Shown: positions 38,402 to 48,700 of the stretch, one piece after another
How positions within the stretch are numbered: the first letter of the stretch is position 1
Layout of the letters: each line of letters starts with the position of its first letter
From: an archaeon
GTDB taxonomy: Archaea > Iainarchaeota > Iainarchaeia > Iainarchaeales > 0-14-0-20-34-12
DNA: 64,000 nt
Reading direction: 5' to 3'
Assembly: GCA_038046645.1 (NCBI GenBank)
Contig: JBBSVU010000006.1
Span: forward strand, 23,404 to 87,403
Translations under genes and position numbers: made by a program
Notes under the pieces: model-generated
Seen by the model: the letters and a program-made list of their open reading frames with translations, nothing else
Told to the model about the DNA's origin: nothing
Databases searched by the model: none

Positions 38402-39061
38402 TTACATCAAGGTAGCAACAAATAACAGTGTAATGCCGATAAGCGCCATTATTACTGTGACTATTATTGAATCCATAGTCATTGCCTGGCTGTTTGTAAA
38501 AAACATGTATAAAGCACCTAAGCAGAATATTAATCCAAGTGCTATTAATCCCAAGGAAATAAATTTATTTCTTGACCCTACTCCCTTAACCTTCATCTCT
38601 TCCATGTCTTTTTCAATTGTATTAATCCTTAAGCCTAATTCATTTAACGCATTTTTTGTCCTGTCTGTCAAATCTGTTACTGCTCGTATATTTTCGCCCA
38701 TCTGCTGCTGGAATGTCTTGCTCTGCCCTGTAATATTCTTTTCATAATCTTCCAAGTCTTTCATTACCTCAGAACTCACTTTCTTTTTCATATCCTTGCT
38801 TACAACTTCAGATTGATCCTGCAAATATTTTATTATTTTTGGCTTTTCATTATCCATATCTGTTGAAACAATTTTGCTGATTTCATTTCTCAATAATGCA
38901 AAGGTGTCTGCCTGCCCTAATAAAAGAAGCCTTTTTGCCTTTTCAGGCTCTACCCCCAAAGATTGCAATGTTTGTATTATTTTTTCTTCAGATTCCCCTT
39001 CCTTTACCATATCTTGGATTATTTGGATAATGCTTGACTCCTTTTGTTCTTTTGCAGCCAT
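38402..39061 (-). CDS. Coiled-coil protein with two C-terminal TM helices
   Basis: Heptad-rich body; hydrophobic C-terminus. Confidence 0.75.
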   Translation of the reverse strand: MAAKEQKESSIIQIIQDMVKEGESEEKIIQTLQSLGVEPEKAKRLLLLGQADTFALLRNEISKIVSTDMDNEKPKIIKYLQDQSEVVSKDMKKKVSSEVMKDLEDYEKNITGQSKTFQQQMGENIRAVTDLTDRTKNALNELGLRINTIEKDMEEMKVKGVGSRNKFISLGLIALGLIFCLGALYMFFTNSQAMTMDSIIVTVIMALIGITLLFVATLM

Positions 39062-39714
39062 TATTCAATCACCGTTTCTATTTTCAATTCCTTTATAGTA
39101 TCTAGTACCTTTACTTTAAATATTATCTGTGCAGTTCCTTTTCCTATTGCTGTGAATTCAAATTCTTCAGTAACGCATTTCCCTTCTTCTTTAGTGATTA
39201 ACCTATCTAACGAGCCGTCATTATCAATATTTGAGTCATCAGCTTCCAGCAGTTTTTCATCAATGTTTATTTCAATCTCCCCTTCTTCCATTTCATCCGA
39301 GCATATTTCTAAGTATATTTTAAAATTCATCCCTGATTTAACCATCTTAGGGTAATTAGCGCTTAGGTTTAAAGGGATGCCAGCCTCCATTTTTATTATG
39401 GCAGTGCTTACAGGCACATGCCAAGGGGCAGAAGCAGTTATTTTGGCAATATTTTTAGGCATATCAATTTCTTTCTTTTCTAACGGCTTTAACTCTTCAA
39501 TAAAGCCTATTTTATTTCCTTTTTCGTCTAAAATATCAATGTTTTTTATCAAATGTGAGGTGGTGTTGCTGATGAATAATTTTTCCCCTGCTGAAGTAAC
39601 TTCCCTGTCTAGTTTTAGCCCGCTATTAAAAAAAAGCAGAAGCAGAAAAATTGCTATGAATATGGCATAAATTATCCCGAAAAAAAAGATCACTCTTTTT
39701 TTATTCTCAAGCAT
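39061..39714 (-). CDS. Membrane-anchored Ig-like hypothetical protein
   Basis: N-terminal TM, beta-rich body; coupled to next ORF. Confidence 0.7.
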   Translation of the reverse strand: MLENKKRVIFFFGIIYAIFIAIFLLLLFFNSGLKLDREVTSAGEKLFISNTTSHLIKNIDILDEKGNKIGFIEELKPLEKKEIDMPKNIAKITASAPWHVPVSTAIIKMEAGIPLNLSANYPKMVKSGMNFKIYLEICSDEMEEGEIEINIDEKLLEADDSNIDNDGSLDRLITKEEGKCVTEEFEFTAIGKGTAQIIFKVKVLDTIKELKIETVIE

Positions 39715-39786
39715 ACTATGCTAATAGATATTCTTTTAATAAAGTTAACCGTGCAAATGAGAAATCTAAATTTTTTAAAAATATTT

Positions 39787-40263
39787 TTAGCAGTCAGCAG
39801 CATTTGCCAACTGTTTTAATGTATATTCTCCTTTCAATATCTGGCCATTTATTGCCCAAGTAGGATAGTCTGAAATATTTGCTTTTTCACATTCATTAGA
39901 AAGTTCTATGCCAGTAATACATTCGATATAATTAATGTGTACAAAAGCGCTTCCAAATGCTTCTTTCTGGCTTACCGTATGTTTACTCCAATTTGCGCCA
40001 TATAATTTCGCATTCTTACTGCCTAAACACACTGCAATATCCGTATTTGCAATCTCTATTGTTTCAGGTGATTCTTCAAGTATATCTTCCTGAAATTCAG
40101 TTTGTGTTTTGTTGCTGCCAGCATCAAGCCATATTGCTGCCAATCCCCGTAATCCACTGCCGGCTAGGGGATTTGCCTTATTGGATAGGCTCATAAATCC
40201 AAAAGCCACAATCAGCAAAACAAAAATCCAGAAGGCTTTGCTTAATACAAATCTCTCAAACAT
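39787..40263 (-). CDS. Membrane-anchored thioredoxin-like protein lacking CxxC
   Basis: LYGANWSKHTVSQKEAFG, YIEC, YPTWAING. Confidence 0.75.
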   Translation of the reverse strand: MFERFVLSKAFWIFVLLIVAFGFMSLSNKANPLAGSGLRGLAAIWLDAGSNKTQTEFQEDILEESPETIEIANTDIAVCLGSKNAKLYGANWSKHTVSQKEAFGSAFVHINYIECITGIELSNECEKANISDYPTWAINGQILKGEYTLKQLANAADC

Positions 40264-40273
40264 GGTTTACTCA

Positions 40274-40630
40274 TTATATTAATTTGAGATTGCCAGTGAT
40301 TTTATCTATATCTATCTCAGGCACAGGGCCTATGGCAAAGCAGGTCTTTGTCCCTGCAATAATTTGGGTTCTTCCAGCATCAGTAATTAGTGCTGGCATT
40401 CCCTGAAACCTTTTCTTAACAGCTTCAAACATCTCAAGCAATTCCTTTTCGCTTCCAACCTTTAAAACAACCTTTTCTTGGCCAGAATTTTTCCAAGCAT
40501 CAACCCATTCAGGCTCTTTATTCAATGCCTTTTCATATGCCCCCAAAGATGCATGCGAAGATTGCGCAGCTAATTTCCCTTTACCCATCTTCAAATCTGC
40601 CCTTATTACAATTACCTGCTTGAAGTTCAT
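40274..40630 (-). CDS. pth2: Peptidyl-tRNA hydrolase Pth2
   Basis: KQVIVIRADLKMGKGKLAAQ..HAS, DAGRTQI, IGP. Confidence 0.95.
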   Translation of the reverse strand: MNFKQVIVIRADLKMGKGKLAAQSSHASLGAYEKALNKEPEWVDAWKNSGQEKVVLKVGSEKELLEMFEAVKKRFQGMPALITDAGRTQIIAGTKTCFAIGPVPEIDIDKITGNLKLI

Positions 40631-40800
40631 TATTAAATCAAATACAAACAATAATAAAAATAGATTGATTTATTAGGACAAGTAACAAAAGAGGCAGAAA
40701 GAGCAGTTGTAATAATGTAGCCGCATGAAGAATAACAAGCCCAATCCCTAATTCAGAACCTTCCATTACTTTAAAAAATTCTTTTATTGCTGTTTTTATT

Positions 40801-42102
40801 ATGGTTACAAGGCGAAGATTAGGTATTAAACATAACTCATTGCTCACATGGCGTTCGATTGATAAGGAAAGATTAGTTCACAGGCCTAACGTAAAGATAT
40901 GCTCTAAGCAGATTAGTGTTTCTTTTTTGGAATGGCTGAAGCATTTAGAATCTCCTTACACTTTTCTCAGCAGATTAAAAGCAGAAAAGAAAGGCGAGAA
41001 ATATTTAAGGCCAAAATCTGAAAAGCAAAGGAAAGAGGATTTGGTCCAATTGGAAAAATTTTGGTATGTTACCAAAGGAAGGGTATTGCTAGGGAAATTG
41101 TTTGCGGACAAGGATTTGACTGAAGCAGGGATTGCTAAGGAGATGTCTAGGCAGGGCTTTAAGATGAGCCGTGAATTTGTCAGGCAAATAAAGGTTGCAT
41201 GGCAGCTTGAAAGGGATACTCGGTTTACCCGTGCCACAAGAACCCGTAAAAAAGTGCTTGATCTTATTAAAGAACATCCTACTTGGTCTTTTAAAAAAAT
41301 TGGTGCAGAGGCAGGAATTGGCACTGAGTATGCTTCTCATATTGTCCAGTCAGCCGGAGTAAAGAAACCCCCTGCAGGAAGGGTTTCCCCAGAAGAGCGT
41401 GCTGCCAGAGAAAACTTTTTGTACTCTGCTGGCATTGAGTTTTCTGGGCCTGTTCGCACGCCTTCAATTAAGATGAAGGCGCATGCAATTCACATGTATA
41501 CTAAGTATCGTGATAATGATGGCAACAATTTTGTTGTTCGGCATTATAACCCTTTTTTGAAGTTGACTTCTGGCAAGGTTGATACATCTATTAGGATTTT
41601 GGATAAATATGGTGTGGACTGGAGAGATGATGATAAGGGTTTATGGCGATTGATTAGTAACAGTACTTCTACGCTTAGGGCTAGATTGGGATTGTTTGAA
41701 TTGCTTGGAGTCTCTCCTGAATTACATTATTTGCTAATCTGTAACTTTCGTAATGGAATTAGGCATTTTAACCAGGAGGGTTTTGCTTCAATGCGCGAAG
41801 CCGTTGTTTCCCATAATATTCCTGTGCTGAAAAATTTTGTTAGAGGAACTTGTAATAAAATGCTGAATAGAAGTGCAAGACCCCCTAATGCAGATTTTTT
41901 TGAAGCTGCTGAAAACGCCTTTGTTACTGTAATGAGCGAATGCAAGCATCCTGAAAAACACCCTGCGGCTTTTCTTACATTAGTTTCTCATGCTATAGGT
42001 GATGCCTTAAATAAAGAGGCAATACATTTTGCTAGGACAAGCTCAATAGAAGATTTTACTGATATTCCTTCTGATGGAACAAGGCCAAGGAGAAAATTAT
42101 AA
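40801..42102 (+). CDS. Arg-rich multi-HTH orphan with C-terminal sigma region-2-like segment
   Basis: LTEAGIAKEM..MSREFVRQI; WSFKKIGAEAGI; REAVVSHNIPVL...DFFEAAENAF...FLTLVSHAIGDAL. Confidence 0.5.
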   Translation: MVTRRRLGIKHNSLLTWRSIDKERLVHRPNVKICSKQISVSFLEWLKHLESPYTFLSRLKAEKKGEKYLRPKSEKQRKEDLVQLEKFWYVTKGRVLLGKLFADKDLTEAGIAKEMSRQGFKMSREFVRQIKVAWQLERDTRFTRATRTRKKVLDLIKEHPTWSFKKIGAEAGIGTEYASHIVQSAGVKKPPAGRVSPEERAARENFLYSAGIEFSGPVRTPSIKMKAHAIHMYTKYRDNDGNNFVVRHYNPFLKLTSGKVDTSIRILDKYGVDWRDDDKGLWRLISNSTSTLRARLGLFELLGVSPELHYLLICNFRNGIRHFNQEGFASMREAVVSHNIPVLKNFVRGTCNKMLNRSARPPNADFFEAAENAFVTVMSECKHPEKHPAAFLTLVSHAIGDALNKEAIHFARTSSIEDFTDIPSDGTRPRRKL

Positions 42103-42224
42103 AGCAATTCCCTTAAAATTTTTATAAAAAATTTAGTGAAAAGTGAGGACGGAATAGGGAAATTTTTTTTCACTGAGAACTCACTTCCATAAGCTTTAAA
42201 AACATCTTTTCCAGATTTTCTTAT

Positions 42225-42383
42225 ATGGAATTTGTTTTTTCAAAAAAAGAAATTTCTTTCAACAGAGAACTGTCTTTTCTTGACAGGTTTGTGTTGAAGT
42301 TCACCAAATTACTTGAAAAGCATAAAATTGACTATGTGATTATTTCAGGTTATATTGCAATTTTGTTTGTAGGGAAAAGTTAA
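42225..42383 (+). pseudogene. Truncated N-terminus of a nucleotidyltransferase-like gene
   Basis: RELSFLDRFV...IDYVIISGYIAILF, then stops where GR.R.TEDID would be expected. Confidence 0.5.
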
Positions 42384-42510
42384 AATAAAATTTACCTTAA
42401 TAATCTATTTTTGTAGACTAAACAAATAGTATCCCACTTGCCTTATACCCCCGTTTTTATTTATTATGTATTCTATTCTATTTTTATTTATTCTGCATTT
42501 TATTTAACAT

Positions 42511-43401
42511 ATGCCTGTATTAAAAAAACCCGCACCAAGGCCAAGAAGGCCTTTTGCTGAAATAACCGAATCAAGAAAAGGCCCTCTGAATGTAGCGCTT
42601 GCTGATTTTTATGACGAACATGGCAGATGGGTAAAAAGAAAATCAAAGGTAACGGTAGGGGGCAGATTAGTAGAGAGGCGCAAGCACACTGTTGATAAGG
42701 AAGGGCCTAAATATATACAAGATGTTTATTCTGACAAAGGTAAGCTTATTGGTTCTATCATAACCCAAAGAGAACCTGCTTTTGATTTAAATAGAGGGGA
42801 AGACAGGTTTCATCTTGAGGTTAAGGATAAAAGGCGTGGTCAGATTAGAACAATAGATGCAATACACAAAGGAAAATTTGAAGATGTAAATATTGCCCAT
42901 TTAAATGAATGGCTTTCAGCCGAAATATTAGATATGCCTATATTTGATAGGCCTATTTTTGATAAGCCTGATTTTGCAAGAAATCTTGCAACTGCATTAA
43001 CTAGGGCTCCATATTTTTTCTTTGAAAACTTTTCAGATGCAAGAATGGAAGAATTTGCAAGGTATGTTGCTGAACATAAATACGAATTTATGTCCGGCAT
43101 AAGCAAAAATCCCGACGGTTTTTGGAATTCTTTGCATAAACATAAATATGCTTTTGCAAAAAACCTTGAGCGTTTCTTGTTGGAAGGCCATATAGAAAGG
43201 GATAACGCCCTGATGATTGCATTTAAATTAAGTGGCGTAAATCTGGCTGGTGAAGGAAGGTTAGCGCCTGCAATAAGGCGCAGTATGCGGCAAGAGGAAA
43301 TTGATAAACAAGCAAGAGCCAATGCTGAACAAAGAAGATTATTGCAAGAAGCAGAAAGGGCTGTTGTAATAAAACCGCCATCCAAGCAACCAAAAAAGTA
43401 A
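42511..43401 (+). CDS. Orphan with Pro/Arg-rich N-terminus
   Basis: MPVLKKPAPRPRRP; long ORF. Confidence 0.7.
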   Translation: MPVLKKPAPRPRRPFAEITESRKGPLNVALADFYDEHGRWVKRKSKVTVGGRLVERRKHTVDKEGPKYIQDVYSDKGKLIGSIITQREPAFDLNRGEDRFHLEVKDKRRGQIRTIDAIHKGKFEDVNIAHLNEWLSAEILDMPIFDRPIFDKPDFARNLATALTRAPYFFFENFSDARMEEFARYVAEHKYEFMSGISKNPDGFWNSLHKHKYAFAKNLERFLLEGHIERDNALMIAFKLSGVNLAGEGRLAPAIRRSMRQEEIDKQARANAEQRRLLQEAERAVVIKPPSKQPKK

Positions 43402-43422
43402 CCTTATTTTTATTTGCAAACT

Positions 43423-43441
43423 TTCACAGGAAATCTACTCT
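43423..43441 (+). promoter_or_regulatory. Conserved operator (variant) upstream of nurA
   Basis: TTCACAGGAAATCTACTCT then 9 nt then TTTATAAA. Confidence 0.8.
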
Positions 43442-43482
43442 CTCCATTTGTTTATAAACCCCAAATTCTCTTTTATTTCAGA

Positions 43483-44580
43483 ATGAATCCTTTAAGAATA
43501 ATTTCTGAAGCTGTTGAAAACATAAAGCAGAATGAGGCAAAGAGAGTAGATGCAGTAAAAGAAATTCTTGCAAAAAAATATTCGAAAATTGATTTTGATA
43601 CAGGTTCAAAAAATTGCTTGCTTGAAGATAAATTGGTTTTTCCAATTGCTGAACATACTTTGAATTCAAGGATTGCGGCGGTTGATTCAGGCTTTGTTGG
43701 AAAAAACCTTTATTCTTTTGACCTGCTTTTCATAAGGACAGCAGGTGTACTTTTTACTTATAAAAACAACATTCTTGAGAGGGCAGCATATTACCCAGAA
43801 ATGTTTTCCTTCCCAAAGCCAATTTTCATCAATGGAGCTTTACAATTAGATGAAAGCTCGGTTTCAAGAAGCCTTTACCGCCTATTTGAAGAAATTGGCT
43901 TAGCCAAAGAAATAATTGAAAAGGAAAAGCCGGAATACTGTTTAATCGACGGTTCAATTATTCCACAGCATGCAGACAAGCCAAGAAAGGATTCTAAGGT
44001 AACAAATTCATATTCAAAGGTTATTTCCCTATTTGAAAGTTTATACAAAGCAGCAGAAGATAATGGCACAATTTTAATCGGATGTATTGAAGATTCAAGA
44101 GGTTCAAGATTCAGGGAAATAATCCAGCAGAATTTTGTTTCTGAACTGAATAAACCAAGGTTAGATGATTGCTATGATTCTGTTTTGTTGGATTCCTTGC
44201 TAAAAGAAAAGGAAAGAACCTCTGCATTCCATTATACAAACAATATCGAAATGCACCCTATACTTTCAGATTTTAATGAAAAATATTCAAAAGCCGTGAA
44301 TGTTTGTTACTTAAAACCTTCAAAATATGATCGTGCATTAAGGATTGAATTTTTGTCAAATGAAAGGAATGAAAAACTAACTGAATTTGTGGATAAAATT
44401 TCACCCGTAATCTGCCAATTGTCATCACTGCACAGGGAATATGCATTTCCCTCCCCTTTAATAGAAGCAGATTTAAGGGCAGGTTTAAATCCAGACGAAA
44501 TAGAATTTGTTTTCAACAAAATAGCTGACAAATTAGGCAATAATTTTAGGCTAATGCGCAGGGATTCAAGGCCGTTTTAA
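43483..44580 (+). CDS. nurA: NurA nuclease
   Basis: AAVDSG, LIDGSI, RIEF, FPSPLIEAD..A. Confidence 0.88.
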   Translation: MNPLRIISEAVENIKQNEAKRVDAVKEILAKKYSKIDFDTGSKNCLLEDKLVFPIAEHTLNSRIAAVDSGFVGKNLYSFDLLFIRTAGVLFTYKNNILERAAYYPEMFSFPKPIFINGALQLDESSVSRSLYRLFEEIGLAKEIIEKEKPEYCLIDGSIIPQHADKPRKDSKVTNSYSKVISLFESLYKAAEDNGTILIGCIEDSRGSRFREIIQQNFVSELNKPRLDDCYDSVLLDSLLKEKERTSAFHYTNNIEMHPILSDFNEKYSKAVNVCYLKPSKYDRALRIEFLSNERNEKLTEFVDKISPVICQLSSLHREYAFPSPLIEADLRAGLNPDEIEFVFNKIADKLGNNFRLMRRDSRPF

Positions 44581-44724
44581 ACAAGCATTATTGAAGTTAT
44601 CCTTAACCTATTTATTCTATTTGTTCACTATTTTAATATGCCTAGCCCAAAACCCTCAAGAAAAGTTATGTTTAAGAAAAACATTCTAATGCTAGTTGGG
44701 GTTAGTTCCCTCTTAGCCAATTAC

Positions 44725-45615
44725 CTAGGTAAAATATGCTTTCTTAGGGAATTGTATTGAGCTTGCTGTTCCTGCTACCAAACGCCCGTTACCTGTCTTT
44801 GGGTCAATTACTACAAAAAAGCATTTTGCTATCTCAGCACATAAATTAGGGGTGGCACTTTCTTTTGCTAGGTTGCTTAGTTCTGCTTTAGCTTTCAATA
44901 TCTTATCTCTGTATTCTTTGAACTGCTTGCGTAATTCTTCATAATTGGGAATGTTCTTTCTGCGTGTTGCATAATAATCTAATACTTGTTTAGTTCCTCC
45001 TTCAGATAAATCCTCAACAGGCAACACAGCGCAAGTCATTACCTGTTCTGGATTTGTTTTTACTAATTTATAAGATTCAATGGTTGGAATGCCCATATTT
45101 CGCAATATTTTAAAATTTTCATTTTCAAGGTGAAGCCATATTGTTCCATGCCTATGGCTTACAAAATAATTTTCATCAAAATATCTTTTTCTTATTGCAG
45201 CAGGCACATTATCAGGCAATTCCCCAACTCCAATAATCCCTAAATTCATCTTTCCTTCTAACTCAGAAAGCTGCCTTCTGACCCAATTATCAGGATATCT
45301 GCAGGCTTTAAGTGCAAACCATTTTCTTTCACCAGTTTTATGGTCATCAAATTGCCCTGCCCTAAAAACAAGTATCTTGCCACCAACCCCTAAAAGCCTT
45401 GGGTCTTGCTTGCTTATTGCAACAGTTTTGATGCCTCTTGGAAAAATATATCTAAATCTTTCCATAACAAGTGTTTGCATGCTATTTCTGCTGACTTCTG
45501 TTACTTTCAGTTCAGCACTTCTTTCAATCATATCCTTTCTTCTTAAGAGTTTTGACAATTTTCTTAATCCTTTGTGAAATCTGTTCTTTAGTCCCAGCAA
45601 ACTTGGCTTAATCAT
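44725..45615 (-). CDS. Orphan with degenerate protein-kinase-like fold
   Basis: LLGVGG..VF, WFALK, ENENFKILRNMGIPT, VEDLSEGG. Confidence 0.5.
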   Translation of the reverse strand: MIKPSLLGLKNRFHKGLRKLSKLLRRKDMIERSAELKVTEVSRNSMQTLVMERFRYIFPRGIKTVAISKQDPRLLGVGGKILVFRAGQFDDHKTGERKWFALKACRYPDNWVRRQLSELEGKMNLGIIGVGELPDNVPAAIRKRYFDENYFVSHRHGTIWLHLENENFKILRNMGIPTIESYKLVKTNPEQVMTCAVLPVEDLSEGGTKQVLDYYATRRKNIPNYEELRKQFKEYRDKILKAKAELSNLAKESATPNLCAEIAKCFFVVIDPKTGNGRLVAGTASSIQFPKKAYFT

Positions 45616-45693
45616 ATTCTACTCATATTGCAACCTTCTTAATTATTTTTGGTTTGCAGGTAATACACAAAAAGTGTCCACTAGAAAGAATAG

Positions 45694-45712
45694 TTCAGGG
45701 GAAATCTACTCT
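45694..45712 (+). promoter_or_regulatory. Conserved 19-bp operator upstream of herA
   Basis: TTCAGGGGAAATCTACTCT then 9 nt then TTTATAAA. Confidence 0.85.
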
Positions 45713-45752
45713 TTGCAATGCTTTATAAACAACCTTTTGGCTTAAGTAATTC

Positions 45753-48700
45753 ATGGTTATAAATAATTCACAGACTGTTGGCACAGTAATTTCAGCAATA
45801 AATTCCCCAAACCCTAGTTCTGCAGATTTTGTTGTTACCTCTGGCTTAATACACAGAGGGCAATTTGTTGAAATAGAAAATCCATCAGGCAATTTTATTG
45901 CCTTGGTAATGGACGTATATAAAACAAACAAATATTTTGAAAGGGCTGACTCAGTAAAAGAATTTGAATCAAAAGGCCAAGCATTATTTGAACAGTTTCC
46001 TGTACACGAATGGGAATACCTTGTCGCAAATACAAAACCTTTAGGTGTGTACTCTGGCGACAATTTCTACAGGCCAAGCTTTCCTCCATCCCCAGGATCA
46101 AAGGTAAGGATTGCTGATTCTGAAAAATTAAAAAAATTCTTCCATTTTGATGAATCTGGCTTGCATTTAGGCAATGTTGAATACCATGATTTATCTGTTA
46201 AACTGAATCTGTCAAGGATGTTGAAGAAACACCTAGCAATTTTAGCTATGTCTGGTTCGGGAAAATGCGGTGATTACAATCTTGAAATATTGTTGAGTAA
46301 TGGCAGGACAATTAAGCTTGGTGAGCTTGTTGACAACCATTTGAAAAATAAAAAAGTAATTGAAGATAATGTCGAGGTCTGTGATGTTAATCCAAATAAC
46401 TTAAAAGTAATTTCCATAGGTAAAGATAATCAACCAATAACCTCTGAAATTAAGGCGTTTATGAGGAGGAAGGCCCCAAAAAAGATGTTTAGAATCAGGA
46501 CAAGAACAGGCAAACAATTATTGATTACTCCAGAGCACCCAATACCGATTCTAAATGAACAAATAAATTGGATTCAAGCTAAAAATCTTGCTAAAAAAGA
46601 TTACCTAATTACGACAATGCCCCTAATAGAGGGATCAGAACAAATAATTGATTTTGTCCAATTATGGAAGAATTCTTCTAAAGTCAGAGTTGATGATGAG
46701 CTTATTCTGGCTGAATTAAAATCTAAACTTTTTGAGAAATATTCAATAAAAGAGTTTTCAAAAATCATTAATATGACCCCCCAAAAACTACAATATTTAT
46801 TATCGCATTCAGGAGTTCCTTTGGATTATCTAAAATTAATTTGTAACAAATTAGGCGTGGATTTTTTGGAGATATGTTCAAAAATAAAAACATTAAAAGT
46901 ACTGTCTTCCAGAATCCCTGCAAAGGTTATTGTTGATGAAAAATTTGCAAGATTTATGGCTTATTTGTTAGCAGAAGGACATAATAGTGGTCAAACTATT
47001 ATTTTTACTAATAGCTCTACTTTAATTAGGGAAGATTTTAGCAATCTAACAAAATTATTTGGTGTTACTGCAAGCATTAATAGAAAGAGGGATATTGAAC
47101 TTAGAATTTATAACAAACTTTTAGCAGACAGTTTATTTAAGTTAGGTTTTACTGATTCTAGTTGGACCAAATATATTCCAGAGGAGATTCTATTAAGTAA
47201 AAAATCAGTTTTAGCAGCTTTTTTGGGTGCATTTATTGATTGTGATGGTTATGTTAGTTCTAAGAAATCACATATCGAAATAACGCTTGCCAGTAAACAG
47301 ATGTTAGACAACATAGAACAGATAGTTTTGCGATTTAAGTTAAATCCAATAAGAAAGATAAAAACAGTTAAAGGCAAACAATATGGCAGGTTATTTTTAG
47401 GCGGTGCGGATTATTTAACTATCCTAAATAATGAATTAACCCTTTTAATAGACTATAAAGCAAAAGCGCTTAAGGAATGTTCCTTAAAAAAACCAAATTC
47501 AAACATTAGGGTAATCCCCAACATTAAACATACTTTAGCTTTCCTACAAAATAAGCTTAATTTAACCCAAAGCCAATTTGTTAATATTGCTAATTATTTG
47601 TCGCGAGAGGAAAGGCATGATGATCCAACACCCACTTCGTTAAAATCTTTACTGAATGAATTTGAACATAATTATGAAAGTATTCAGAGTACCCTAGCTC
47701 AAACAAAAAAATTATTTTATGCTATGCCAAATTTAACTGAAGAAGATGCAAAAAAAATACTTGTAGATGCCTACTCTAAATATGATTTTAACAAAATTGC
47801 TAAAAATACAAATATTTCAAGCACTACCGCAAGAAGAGTAGTAAGAGGTTTAACCGAACCAAACCTAAATACCTTTTGCCTTGCTAAAAATGCCTTGGCT
47901 TTAGAAAATGAATCTGATTTAGGCATAGATGTAATTACTAATTTAGACTTTAAGCAACTAGCCAGTCAAATTAGGGTTTTGTGTAAAAATATTGGTTGTG
48001 AAATACAGGAGTTATGCAACAGAAGTGGGTTTAACGATCAATATTTGGATGGTTATTCTTACAATCCCTTAAATACAATAAGGTATTCAAATATCTACAA
48101 GGTTTTGTATAATCTCTTTATTATTTCATTAGATAAAGAAAAGCAATTGCCTGAAATTAGAGAGAAACTTGATTTTTTGCACACACTTATTTCTGATAGC
48201 TTATTTTTTGATGCAATTGAATCTGTTGAAGAGGTTGATTATGACAAAGAATATGTTTATGACTTATGTGTAAAAGAGCACAATTTTGTTGCAAATAATC
48301 TAATCATTCACAATAGTTTTTCAACAGCTTGTTTAATTGAAGAGCTCCTTAACCGGCAAAAAGAAAAAGGCAGGATTGCAATTGTTGTTTTAGACCCGCA
48401 TGGTGAATATTCCAGCTTTGCCCAGCCTGTGAAAGATGGCAAGTATGAGGATTTTTCTGACCGCACGAAAATCATTAAAGCCCAAAACATCAGAATAGCT
48501 GTGCCAAAAATGAGCGTTCATATGCTTTCTGGAATAATTCCTGGATTAACAATTCCGCAGAAAAGGGATTTAAGCAGGATTTTATCAAGCCTTAAAGAAG
48601 ATATGTATCGCGGCTTAGGGCCTTTTGATTGGTCACATGTAAAAGATGCAATTTTGAAAGATGACAATATAAAGCAAAATTCAAAATTCCCTTTAATGGG

